A model generated the notes under the pieces. It saw only the letters and a list, made by a program, of their open reading frames with translations, did no database searches and was not told where the DNA came from. Of a stretch of 64,000 nt of DNA, positions 18,678-27,629 are shown one piece after another. How positions within the stretch are numbered: the first letter of the stretch is position 1; the number at the start of each line of letters is the position of its first letter. The position numbers and the translations under genes are program-made. This DNA is from Pseudomonadota bacterium (GTDB taxonomy: Bacteria > Bdellovibrionota_B > Oligoflexia > Oligoflexales > CAIYRB01). The DNA is taken from assembly GCA_031416315.1 (NCBI GenBank), contig JANOTL010000132.1:1-64000 (forward strand), given 5' to 3'.

Positions 18678-19445
18678 ATGAAGGTCCTCTTCGAGCACGA
18701 CTTCCAGAAAAAGCTGATGACCCAGGCCTTCGAGGCCCCGGTGGAGCTGGCAAAGCCTTCGGACGTGCTCAGGTGGCGGTCGCAGTGGACGGCGGCGCTC
18801 GGCAGCTGGCACTCGCCGTACAAGCTCCTGGTCGACGCGACGAACCTGACGATCCACGACACGCCCGAGGTGCGCAAGGCCCTCGAGACGATGGTGAAAT
18901 TCTTCCAAGGCTTTTATCTGCGGCAGGTGGTCGGCTACGGCTTCGACGCGGCGAAGAGCCACGCCGCCCTGCCGTTCACGACCTTGCCGACGGAGGAGGA
19001 GGCCGCCATCGAGCTCGGCGTCCGCGTGCCGGCGAAGCGCGAGGCGACCGATTTCCGCTCGACGATCCAGCTGCAGAACCACTTTCAGACGCACACGGTC
19101 GAGCTCAACTTCTCCGAGCCAGTGAAGATCGAGACGAAGGAGCAGGTCGCGACCCTGCGCTCGAAGCTCACCAACAATCTGATGCAGTGGCACTCCAAAT
19201 GGAGCTTGATGATCGACTGCACCAACCTCGAGATCTCGCCCGACGTGGACGAGGAGTTCGACAAGATGTGGCAGGTCTTGAAGGGCTTCTTCATGAAGCA
19301 GGTGATCGGCTACTCGCCGAAGGTCGCGCGGGAGTCGTACCCCTTCGACGTGTACCGAGCGCGCCACAAGGCCGCGGCCTTCATCGAGGGCGAGGGCAAC
19401 TTCTCCGGGGACAAGGCCGACTGCAAGTCACGGCGTAAGGCCTAG
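18678..19445 (+). CDS. hypothetical protein with an internally duplicated domain
   Basis: WHSPYKLLVDATNL...GFYLRQVVGY versus WHSKWSLMIDCTNL...GFFMKQVIGY. Strong coding bias. Confidence 0.8.
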   Translation: MKVLFEHDFQKKLMTQAFEAPVELAKPSDVLRWRSQWTAALGSWHSPYKLLVDATNLTIHDTPEVRKALETMVKFFQGFYLRQVVGYGFDAAKSHAALPFTTLPTEEEAAIELGVRVPAKREATDFRSTIQLQNHFQTHTVELNFSEPVKIETKEQVATLRSKLTNNLMQWHSKWSLMIDCTNLEISPDVDEEFDKMWQVLKGFFMKQVIGYSPKVARESYPFDVYRARHKAAAFIEGEGNFSGDKADCKSRRKA

Positions 19446-19643
19446 GATTTCCCACTCGTCGTCGACCAGCCAGTGAAACAGCTCCGCCTCCCGCGAGCCG
19501 CTCCGGACGACGACGATGCGCACCGGCGTCGGCGCGTTGAACTTCAGCCGCGTCACCTCCTGGTCGTCGACGATCTCGAGCGGCGCCAAAAGCCCGGCTT
19601 CGGCCAGAACTGCGGCAATTTCCTGCGGAATTCCGAGACTCAT
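19428..19643 (-). CDS. small hypothetical protein
   Basis: 71-aa ORF with protein-like composition filling the gap between genes. Confidence 0.5.
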   Translation of the reverse strand: MSLGIPQEIAAVLAEAGLLAPLEIVDDQEVTRLKFNAPTPVRIVVVRSGSREAELFHWLVDDEWEILGLTP

Positions 19644-19710
19644 AATTCTGGCCTTTGCGCGAGGTTTCCCCTATAAAGGGCATCTCCATTCGGCATTTGA
19701 GGGGGTCGCA

Positions 19711-20241
19711 GTGCTTTCCGTCGAGATTCTTCCGGTCCAAGACACGCTCGTCCTCCGCGCCCGCGGCTCCGAGCTGCTGATCCTGCCGCATCACGTGCAC
19801 AAGCTCAAAGCTCTGAGCAAGCCGAAGGAATTCAGCAGCTATTTTCACGGCGAGGCCCTGGTCAACCGGCCGGCGCGCAAGCTCTTCGAAGCCTGGCTGC
19901 GCAAGGACGACTCCCTCTGGAAACGGATCTACATCACGATCCACAAAGAGATGACCCTCGGCGACGCGCCGAAGGACGAGGACGCGGCCGAGGCGAAGCC
20001 GGCGAAAGTCGAGAAGACCGTCGTCGCGAAGAAGACGGCCGAGGCGGCGAAAGAGACCGTGGTCGCGAAGCCGAAAGCCGAGAAGAAGGCTGAGCCTAAG
20101 CCCGAGCCGAAGGCCGAAAAAGAAGAGAAGCCGAAAAAAGCCGCCGCGGCCCCGGCGCCGAAGAAGAAAGAAGAGAAGGCGGAAAAGGCCGACAAAAAAG
20201 CCGAGAAGAAGCCCGCCAAGCCGGCCGCGAAGAAGAAGTGA
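19711..20241 (+). CDS. hypothetical protein with Lys/Ala/Glu/Pro-rich tail
   Basis: Globular N-terminal ~80 aa, then KAEKKAEPK/PAAKKK repeats. GTG after GAGGGG. Confidence 0.75.
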   Translation: MLSVEILPVQDTLVLRARGSELLILPHHVHKLKALSKPKEFSSYFHGEALVNRPARKLFEAWLRKDDSLWKRIYITIHKEMTLGDAPKDEDAAEAKPAKVEKTVVAKKTAEAAKETVVAKPKAEKKAEPKPEPKAEKEEKPKKAAAAPAPKKKEEKAEKADKKAEKKPAKPAAKKK

Positions 20242-20252
20242 GCGCCTGAGCC

Positions 20253-20561
20253 TTGATCCGCAAATATCTAGTCTGCGGCAAGCAACTCTTCTTGGCCTCG
20301 AAGAAGCTCGAGGACTCGAACAGTAAGTCGCCCGTCGTCGAGCTCCTGATCCCGCTCACGCTCTTATGGGAGATCGAGCGGCTCGTTCAACGGATCGACT
20401 ACCTCGTCGCCTCGAACGAAGACCCAGTGCTGATCTCCGACCTGATGAAGAAGGTCTACCGGAAAGTCGTGAAGTACGCCGTCTTCGAGAAGGACCGCGT
20501 CTTCATCTTCGACAAGTTCCTGGGCGTCGGGCCGCCGGCGACCGGCGGCGGCAACCATTAG
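20253..20561 (+). CDS. hypothetical protein
   Basis: 102-aa ORF, co-oriented and tightly spaced. Confidence 0.65.
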   Translation: MIRKYLVCGKQLFLASKKLEDSNSKSPVVELLIPLTLLWEIERLVQRIDYLVASNEDPVLISDLMKKVYRKVVKYAVFEKDRVFIFDKFLGVGPPATGGGNH

Positions 20562-20562
20562 C

Positions 20563-21078
20563 GTGCGGCGCGCGATCTTCCTCGATCGGGACGGCGTGTT
20601 GAACGAGGACCGCGGTTTCACGCACAAAGTCGCGGACCTCGTGCTTTTGCCCGGCGTCGCCGCGGCGCTGCGCACGCTGAAAGAGCGCGGATTCAGGCTC
20701 GTCGTGGTGAGCAACCAGTCCGGCGTGGCGCGCGGGCTCTACGACGCGGCTGCGGTCGTCTCGTTCCACGTGGCGCTCGACACGGCCTTGATCGCGGCCG
20801 GCGGCGTCGCGATCGATGCGTACTATTTCTGCCCGCACGGCCCCGAAGGCGGCTGCGTTTGCCGCAAGCCCGCGCCCGGGATGATCCTGCAGGCGATGCG
20901 CGAGCACGGGCTCGAGCGCGCCGGCTCCTGGCTCGTCGGCGACCGCGAGAGCGACGTCGCCGCCGCGGCCGGCGCCGGCGTGCGCGCGATCCAGGTCGTT
21001 CCGCCAGGCACCGAGCCCGATCCCAATGCCACGCAGCATGCGGCGTCTCTCGCCGATGCCCTGCGCTGGCTCATTTAA
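20563..21078 (+). CDS. gmhB: D-glycero-D-manno-heptose 1,7-bisphosphate phosphatase (HAD IIIA)
   Basis: FLDRDGV, SNQSG, CPH...CVCRKP and GDRESD motifs. Confidence 0.88.
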   Translation: MRRAIFLDRDGVLNEDRGFTHKVADLVLLPGVAAALRTLKERGFRLVVVSNQSGVARGLYDAAAVVSFHVALDTALIAAGGVAIDAYYFCPHGPEGGCVCRKPAPGMILQAMREHGLERAGSWLVGDRESDVAAAAGAGVRAIQVVPPGTEPDPNATQHAASLADALRWLI

Positions 21079-21092
21079 CTCGAGGAGCATCC

Positions 21093-21560
21093 ATGTTCAG
21101 TCTCGTCCTAGCCGCCGCCGCCGTTCACTATTCCACCGTGCCGCAAATGCTGGCAGCGCTGCCGGAGAGCTGCCTGCCGTGCGCGGCGTTCTTCCGTGTC
21201 GAGCGCCCGCTCGTCGAGGACGTGCTCGATCACGCCTATGTCGGCGCACGCTTCACCGACGAATGCAGCCAAGCGCTGGCGGAGACGGAGTATGGCCTGA
21301 GCAAGGGCGAGGAGGACCTCGCCCACTTCGACGGCAAGACGGAGCGCGAAGGCCTTCGCTTGATCGGTAGCCTTTGCGGCCGCGCGGAGTTGAGTGCGGC
21401 GCACGCCGACGCGGCTGCCGTCACTGACTATTGGGTCGATCGCGAGGCGGATCCCGTCCAGTACTACTGGGACATGTTGGTGACGCCGGTCGCGGGTCGT
21501 CCTTGCGGGAATGCGGCGGACGACGTCGAGGCGGCGCTCCTGCCGCATCTCGAGCCCTGA
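21093..21560 (+). CDS. hypothetical secreted protein
   Basis: GAGGAG SD, short hydrophobic N-terminus, several Cys. Confidence 0.65.
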   Translation: MFSLVLAAAAVHYSTVPQMLAALPESCLPCAAFFRVERPLVEDVLDHAYVGARFTDECSQALAETEYGLSKGEEDLAHFDGKTEREGLRLIGSLCGRAELSAAHADAAAVTDYWVDREADPVQYYWDMLVTPVAGRPCGNAADDVEAALLPHLEP

Positions 21561-21561
21561 C

Positions 21562-21828
21562 TCATTCCTCGCCGTCCGCGTTCGCGACGGTGACCTCGGG
21601 GGCGACGTGCGCCTCTTTCGCTTCCCGCATCTTGCGCAGCAAGAGCTTGATGCGCGGGCCGCAGCGCTCGCCGGCGCAGCCGCCGGAACCGGTTCCGACC
21701 TTGCGATTCACGTCGGCGACGGTCTCGCAGCCTTCCATGCCTTTCAAGACGCGGCCCAGGGTGATGCCTTTGCAGATGCACACGACCTTGGCGAGCGTCC
21801 GGATACGTTCTTCTTGTTTGGGGTCCAC
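21562..21828 (-). CDS. BFD-like [2Fe-2S]-binding protein
   Basis: VCICKGI...GSGGC...RC pattern. Confidence 0.8.
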   Translation of the reverse strand: MDPKQEERIRTLAKVVCICKGITLGRVLKGMEGCETVADVNRKVGTGSGGCAGERCGPRIKLLLRKMREAKEAHVAPEVTVANADGEE

Positions 21829-21835
21829 ACGAGAC

Positions 21836-22477
21836 TCATGAATAAAGGAGCCTGAGCCATTGCAACCAGCGCGCGTCGCCCAGAGCGAATATGACTACTG
21901 TAGCATTACACGCCGCATGGAACAGCACGGCCGGGGCCAGCCGCCCGGAGCGAATGTAGAGTGCCTCGCACGCAAGCCCCAGTAAGAACGGGCCCAAGGG
22001 CAGGCCCAAGCTCGGGCCGGTGTGCGCGAGGGCGAAGACGATCGCCGAGAACCAGGCGCCCCAGAGCGGGCCGCCGCGCTGGCGGAAGACCGTGCCGATG
22101 CCGACGCGGAAGACGAGCTCCTCGATCGGGGGAATCAGGAGGATGAAGGCAAGCTGCTGCCAGCCGAGCGCCGGCGGTGGCACGTCGCCCCCGCCGAGAA
22201 CGCGCGAGAAGGCGGCGAGGGCCGCGGCGCCCGCGACGATCACGACCGCCGGCAGAGCATCCTGCCAGCTCGGCCTCAGCACCGGCCGCTGCCAACGATA
22301 GACGAGGATCGCCGCGGGAACATGCAGGATCAACGCAGCGACCCAGCCCGGGCCCACGAGCTTGCCGACGAGCCAGTACGCGCCCGTCAACGCGCAACCT
22401 GTGACGAGACTCGCGACGGCCAGGATCAGCGCCGTGCGTCCCGAAATCTCACGCGGAGATGGCGGTTGGCTCACCAC
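21836..22477 (-). CDS. CPBP (CAAX/Abi) intramembrane metalloprotease
   Basis: EELVFR, FALAH and H...N motifs. Confidence 0.88.
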   Translation of the reverse strand: MVSQPPSPREISGRTALILAVASLVTGCALTGAYWLVGKLVGPGWVAALILHVPAAILVYRWQRPVLRPSWQDALPAVVIVAGAAALAAFSRVLGGGDVPPPALGWQQLAFILLIPPIEELVFRVGIGTVFRQRGGPLWGAWFSAIVFALAHTGPSLGLPLGPFLLGLACEALYIRSGRLAPAVLFHAACNATVVIFALGDARWLQWLRLLYS

Positions 22478-23504
22478 CGAGAATTTCCTTGATCAGCTCG
22501 AAGAGAGTGCGGAAGTCGTTCTTCACGACGTAACCGTTGGCGCCGACCGTGATGCCCGCGGCCTGGTTCGCCCGACCGGACAAGGAAGTATGCAACACCA
22601 CCGGCAATTCCGCATACTTCGAATTGGCGCGCACCTTTTTGGTGAAGGAGAGCCCGTCCATCTTCGGCATCTCGACGTCGGTCACGATCATGTCGATGCC
22701 GCCGCCGTTCGACTTGATGCCGATGCGCTCGAGAAGCGCGTAGGCCTCTTCGCCGTCGCCGGCCTCGTAGACCTTGAAACCGTGACGAATGAGCGCTTGC
22801 TTGACGCCGTTGCGGATGAACTGCGAATCGTCGACGAGGAGGATCCCCTGAGCATTCGAGTCGTCGACCTGGGCTGCGCGCTGCACGGCGGCGGCCGGCG
22901 CCGGAACACCCAGATCAATGCCTGCGCGGGGCATTGGCGACTGCACGTGCTGCTGGCCGTAGACGTGCTGATGGATCAGCTGCGCCGGGGGCTGCGTCAT
23001 GCCGCCGTTTTGCGCGCCGTACTCGAGGTTGATCAGGATCTTTTCGAGGTCCAGGATGAACAGGAACTCGCTGTTCTCGATCAGCGTCATGCCGCTCATG
23101 CAAGAGCTGGAGTCAGAGGACGGCGGCAGGACCTTGTCCCAGGAAACGCGGCGGATGCGGTGCGTCGAGTCGACGATGAAGCCGGCACGCTTTTGGCTGA
23201 ATTCGGTGACGATGATCTGCTGCTGCTGCGAAGCAGCGGTGTCCTCGTCACCGAGGGCGACGGCTAAGTTTACGGCCGGGATCGGGATGCCACGCAGCTC
23301 GAAGATGCCGGTGACGCCTTTGACGCGCGACGCGAGCGTGTTGATCTTCGGCATGCGCACGACCTCGCGCACTTTGGCGACGTTGACGCCGTAGATGCCG
23401 CGGACGCTCTGCCCGCGCACGCGACGCGTGAGCGAGAACTCGATCAGCTCGAAGAATGAGCCACCGATCTCGAGTTGGAGTCGTTTGTGGTCTTGGTGTG
23501 CCAA
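22449..23504 (-). CDS. cheV: chemotaxis protein CheV (CheW-REC)
   Basis: YGVNVAKVREV CheW domain. C-terminal receiver LLVDDS...TDVEMPKMDG. Confidence 0.9.
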   Translation of the reverse strand: MAHQDHKRLQLEIGGSFFELIEFSLTRRVRGQSVRGIYGVNVAKVREVVRMPKINTLASRVKGVTGIFELRGIPIPAVNLAVALGDEDTAASQQQQIIVTEFSQKRAGFIVDSTHRIRRVSWDKVLPPSSDSSSCMSGMTLIENSEFLFILDLEKILINLEYGAQNGGMTQPPAQLIHQHVYGQQHVQSPMPRAGIDLGVPAPAAAVQRAAQVDDSNAQGILLVDDSQFIRNGVKQALIRHGFKVYEAGDGEEAYALLERIGIKSNGGGIDMIVTDVEMPKMDGLSFTKKVRANSKYAELPVVLHTSLSGRANQAAGITVGANGYVVKNDFRTLFELIKEILGGEPTAISA

Positions 23505-23576
23505 ATACGAGGTTTAGGGAGCTTGGGCGGCGGACCTTAGGTAAATCGTGCCGCGCCGACCAATAAACCACTGATA

Positions 23577-23720
23577 TTAGTCGCGATTCTCGCTGCGCCG
23601 CCGCAGTTGCGCCAGCGCATAGCGCCGCACGACCCAGCCGCCGCCCACCAGGACGATGGCGGAGACGACGGCGACGGGCACGAGGGATCGCGCCGCGACG
23701 ACGACCTTCCAGGACTGCAT
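23577..23720 (-). CDS. 47-aa single-TM small protein (absent from ORF track)
   Basis: MQSWKVVVAARSLVPVAVVSAIVLVGGGWVVRRYALAQLRRRSENRD, starting 4 nt after the upstream stop. Confidence 0.55.
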   Translation of the reverse strand: MQSWKVVVAARSLVPVAVVSAIVLVGGGWVVRRYALAQLRRRSENRD

Positions 23721-23724
23721 GGCT

Positions 23725-24522
23725 TCAGAGCGGCGCGCTGCGGAGCAGATCCTCTAGGGCCTTGCGTTGCACGTCGGTCAAACGGCCGAACATGACGCCG
23801 GCGCGGGCGCCCTTCTTGTCGATCCACGCGATCGTGCACTTGATGCGCTGCTCGGTGGTCTTCGCCTTCTTGGCGGCTGTGGTCGCTTTTGCCTTGGCGC
23901 CGACGCCCTTCGGCTTGGTCGTGATGCCGAGCGGGGGCGGCATGGTGCCGTCGTTCGGCAGCTCGATCGCCATGGTCATTTCCTCGCCGCCCTTCATCTT
24001 CATCGGCTCGTCGAGCTCGATGCAGGCGCCGCCGAGGGAGATGTTGCTGACGCGGCCCGTGACCTTCGGCGCGCGCTTGCCGCGGCCGGCGCCCTTGCCG
24101 ATGATGAGCGTCTCGAGGTCGGTGTCGAAGCGGCGGCCGAGGCGGTGCTTGTCGAGGAGGAAACGGTCGATCTTCGCCGCGAGGACGTCGAACTTCACCG
24201 GCTTCGCGACCCAACCGCCCGCGTCGTTGAACGCGAAGAGGTCGGAGCCCACCGCTTCGTCGACGATCTTGTCGGGATATGCGGTGAGAAGAATCGGGCC
24301 TTTGTAGAACTTGCGCATCATGCCGATCAGCGTGACCCCGTCGACGTCGGGAAGGTCGAAGTCGACGACGCACATGTCGGGTTGCGCGGTCGCGAGGACC
24401 TCGAGGCACTGCTTGCCGTTCGCGGCGACGAGAATCTGCGCGCCGGTGATCTTGTCCTTGAACACCTCGGAGCTCATAACGAGGCTCGGCTTGCAGGCGT
24501 CGACGATCATGATGATGGGCAT
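23725..24522 (-). CDS. response regulator receiver-PilZ domain protein
   Basis: REC VVDFDLPDVDG...TAY...KP. PilZ RLGRR and NISLGG. GAGGGGG SD. Confidence 0.85.
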   Translation of the reverse strand: MPIIMIVDACKPSLVMSSEVFKDKITGAQILVAANGKQCLEVLATAQPDMCVVDFDLPDVDGVTLIGMMRKFYKGPILLTAYPDKIVDEAVGSDLFAFNDAGGWVAKPVKFDVLAAKIDRFLLDKHRLGRRFDTDLETLIIGKGAGRGKRAPKVTGRVSNISLGGACIELDEPMKMKGGEEMTMAIELPNDGTMPPPLGITTKPKGVGAKAKATTAAKKAKTTEQRIKCTIAWIDKKGARAGVMFGRLTDVQRKALEDLLRSAPL

Positions 24523-24653
24523 GTATCCCCCTCTAAAGAGATCAAGCGAGTGCGATGGAAATTGGAATGGGAGTTCGGAGATGAAAGGCAGGCTGGGACT
24601 GGTCCTTCGATTATAGCCGAACTCGAATCCCAGGGGGACCTGTCGGCGCGGGC

Positions 24654-24680
24654 TCAAGTTTTCCCGAGCGGAACCGAAAA
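24654..24680 (+). promoter_or_regulatory. sigma28 (FliA)-like promoter
   Basis: TCAA-N15-ACCGAAAA versus consensus TAAA-N15-GCCGATAA. Confidence 0.45.
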
Positions 24681-24740
24681 CAGGAATGATCCCCACGTAT
24701 TCTCCCACCTGATTTGCGGTTTCTCCCCGAAAGGCTTCAG

Positions 24741-25889
24741 ATGCTCGGTCGGTTTTTGCGGAAACGCCAAAGCTTCGCGGCACAGCTATGTACACTCCTG
24801 TGCGCGTCCTTCCTCGCTTCCCACGCGCACGCCGTGACGGCCGTCCGGACCAGCCGGACCCCCTTCCTCTATGACATCACGACCTTCACCACGACGCTGT
24901 CTTTGCCGGTGACGGACCAGGTCGAGACGATCAAGATGGACGCGGAGCACATCAAAACGCGTCTCGAGCTCGCGAAGGACGACGAGTCCATCGAGCCCTT
25001 GTCGATCCTGATCAACGACGACGACGCCGCGATCGCCGCGATGACCGAGCGCTTGGCGCTCAGGGACTCGGAAAACGAGTTCGCGGATTACTTGAAGAAA
25101 GCGGTCAAACGCGCCAAGCCGACCAAAAAGGGCTCGCCGACACGCACCATCGAGTTCGACGAGGCGGGCTTCAATCTCGTCGACAAAGACGCGTTCGCCG
25201 AAATCTACTCCCGCACGCATCACAAGCTGACGCTCTCGACCACCGAGCTGAAAAAGGACCCCGCCCTCCGGCGCGAGTTCGTGAAGCAGATGACGCCCTT
25301 CTTCTCGAAGAAGGAGCGCAAGGCCCTCCTCGGCAAGATCATGAAGGGCGAGACGATCGACATCGACCAAGAGATGCTGCCGGATTTCGCCCGCAAAATG
25401 GTCGGCAAGTACATCGTCTACCGCGGCCCCAACTGCTTCCACGCGGCTTTGGCCTTCCATAGCCCGCAGTTCACGTCGAGCTCGCTCATCAACGTGAAGA
25501 AGGAAACCGGCTACCACAGGGCGATGATCAACTACGACGAGCTGTGGCGGGCCATCAATCAGAACTTCTACGAAGTCGACCCGGACAAGGTGCCCCTGAA
25601 GTACGGAGACATGCTGGTCTTCTTCGACGTTCCCGAGAATGAGACCGGCGAGCGCGACCACCCGGTCAACTTCCGCTGGATTCGCCATACCGCGACCTAC
25701 CTCTTCGGCGGCTACACCTTCTCGAAAGGCTCGAAGTCGCCCAACACTCCGTACACGGTCCGCACGCTGGCGGAGGAGTGGAAAACCTGGAAGAAGTTCA
25801 CGACGAACCTGGGCATCAAGGTCTTCCGCCGCTCCCAGCGCACGGCCAAGGGGCAGCCGCCGGTCGATCTGTCGGACTGGATTTATTAA
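24741..25889 (+). CDS. secreted hypothetical protein, putative NlpC/P60-like Cys-His hydrolase
   Basis: Signal peptide ending AHA. GPNCFHAA...YGDMLVF...HTATYL. Start uncertain (24714 or 24741). Confidence 0.7.
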   Translation: MLGRFLRKRQSFAAQLCTLLCASFLASHAHAVTAVRTSRTPFLYDITTFTTTLSLPVTDQVETIKMDAEHIKTRLELAKDDESIEPLSILINDDDAAIAAMTERLALRDSENEFADYLKKAVKRAKPTKKGSPTRTIEFDEAGFNLVDKDAFAEIYSRTHHKLTLSTTELKKDPALRREFVKQMTPFFSKKERKALLGKIMKGETIDIDQEMLPDFARKMVGKYIVYRGPNCFHAALAFHSPQFTSSSLINVKKETGYHRAMINYDELWRAINQNFYEVDPDKVPLKYGDMLVFFDVPENETGERDHPVNFRWIRHTATYLFGGYTFSKGSKSPNTPYTVRTLAEEWKTWKKFTTNLGIKVFRRSQRTAKGQPPVDLSDWIY

Positions 25890-25921
25890 GACCTCGGATT
25901 TACTAAAATTTAATGGGTTTC

Positions 25922-25951
25922 TTGCGACTCTCGTTCCGGGCGTGCTATAAA
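25922..25951 (+). promoter_or_regulatory. sigma70-type promoter with extended -10
   Basis: TTGCGA-N18-TATAAA with TGn, AT-rich upstream tract. Confidence 0.55.
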
Positions 25952-25997
25952 CCGCCCTCTCGAACGCGACGCAATCCCGAAAAACTCAAGAATCCCC

Positions 25998-27320
25998 ATG
26001 ACCAGGCCTTTCTCTCCCAAGCCGAGGAACGCTAAGCCCGCGCGTCGTGCGCCGGCGAACGACCGTCACGTCGTTCTGCCGCGCAACGTCTTCCGCCGCG
26101 GGACCGGGGGAGGCGCGCGCGCGCTGAACATGGTCGCCAAGCCGACCCAGCTCTGCGGCCTGAAGCAAGAATGCGGCTCCTGCGCGTATGTCAACGACGA
26201 CTACAATGAGAGCCTCGCCACCAAGTTCGAGAAGGGCGTCGCCACGCTCGAAGCCACGGGCGTCGTGCCGCGCGGTCGCATTCTCCAGCCCCGCCGCTCG
26301 CCGAAAGAGTTCGAGTACAGGAGCCTCTTCAAGCTCGCCGTCCGCGCCTCCCGTCGTGAAGGCCAGCGATTCCAGATCGGTCTGTTCGCGCCGGCTACGC
26401 ATTCCGTGGTCGACATGGACCAGTGCCCGCTGCACGCGGCGCCGCTGCGCGCTTTGATCCGCGATCTGCGCGCCGAGCTCGAGATCTCGCCGATCACGCC
26501 TTTTGACGAGACGGCGCATACGGGCCAGCTGCGCTATGTCGCCGCGCGCTCCGCGCACCTGACGGGCGAGCTCATCCTCACCTTCGTCGTCACGGAATCG
26601 ATCAAGGTCGAGCTGAAGCGCCTCGTGCATGCGCTGCAGCGCAAGGGCCACAAGATCAACTCCGCGCACATGAACCTGAACCTGGAGAAGGGCAACGCCA
26701 TCTTCGGCTCGGAGACGACGCGTCTCGTCGGCTCGGATCGCTTGCGCGAACGGCTCTGCGACCTCGATTTCGAGGTCGGCCCGACGTCCTTTTTCCAGGT
26801 GAACCCTTGGCAGGCGATCAATCTCTACCGTCGCATCGAGCAGATCGCCGGCGCGCCGGGGAAAAAGACCGTAGCCTGGGACCTCTACTGCGGCACCGGC
26901 CAAATCGCGCTGGTCCTGGCGCGGCTCGGCTACCGCGTGCTCGGCATCGAGGAAAACCCCAGCGCGATCGACGACGCGCGCCTGAACGCCCGCAAGAACA
27001 ACCTCGACCAAGATGCGACATTCATCGCCGCGCGCGTCGAAGACAGTCGCGAGGCCGTCCCCAGCTGGGCTGCCGCGCCGGAATTGATCGTCGTGAATCC
27101 TTCGCGCCGCGGCCTGGCGGATCCGACGCGGAAGCACCTGGCGCGACTCCTCGCGATGTTCCCGGAGAGCCGCTTCGTCTACGTCTCGTGCGAGGTCGAG
27201 ACCTTGGCTCGCGATCTCAAAGAGCTGACGTCGACCGGATTCCAAGTGCGTCAGGTCGAGCCTTTCGACATGTTTCCGCAGACGGATAACATGGAATGGC
27301 TCGTGGTGATGACGCGCTGA
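25998..27320 (+). CDS. rlmD: 23S rRNA m5U methyltransferase (RlmD/TrmA family, no clear TRAM domain)
   Basis: C...ECGSC Fe-S motif, SFFQVN, DLYCGTG, YVSC and DMFPQT...E. Confidence 0.85.
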   Translation: MTRPFSPKPRNAKPARRAPANDRHVVLPRNVFRRGTGGGARALNMVAKPTQLCGLKQECGSCAYVNDDYNESLATKFEKGVATLEATGVVPRGRILQPRRSPKEFEYRSLFKLAVRASRREGQRFQIGLFAPATHSVVDMDQCPLHAAPLRALIRDLRAELEISPITPFDETAHTGQLRYVAARSAHLTGELILTFVVTESIKVELKRLVHALQRKGHKINSAHMNLNLEKGNAIFGSETTRLVGSDRLRERLCDLDFEVGPTSFFQVNPWQAINLYRRIEQIAGAPGKKTVAWDLYCGTGQIALVLARLGYRVLGIEENPSAIDDARLNARKNNLDQDATFIAARVEDSREAVPSWAAAPELIVVNPSRRGLADPTRKHLARLLAMFPESRFVYVSCEVETLARDLKELTSTGFQVRQVEPFDMFPQTDNMEWLVVMTR

Positions 27321-27629
27321 TCAGGCCCGCGGCGCGGTCCGCTTTGCACTCTTTCGCCGCGTTCTTCTTGGAGATGGGCGGCTCGATCGAGTAGGCGGCC
27401 ACGGGTCCGGTCGACACGATCAGTTGAAGTGCCTTCACGTGGCAGAAGTTTATCTCCGCCTGCAAGTCGCGACGCCGCAAACCGAATTCGGGGAGGCTTA
27501 AGGGCCGGGCGGAAAAAGCCGTAGAGAGCACATCGCTATTGAGGGCAGCTTGCTCTCCGCTCCTGGTCCCGAACGCCGCATCGCCCCCGCGATGCACTCC
27601 ATGCGTTCGCACCAAACCAGGAGTGTGAC

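Noticed and set aside
18663..18680. UGA/Sec readthrough fusing VKOR-DsbA to the next in-frame ORF
   Set aside because: The TGA is at the natural domain end, the downstream ATG has a GAGG SD, and no SECIS is evident.
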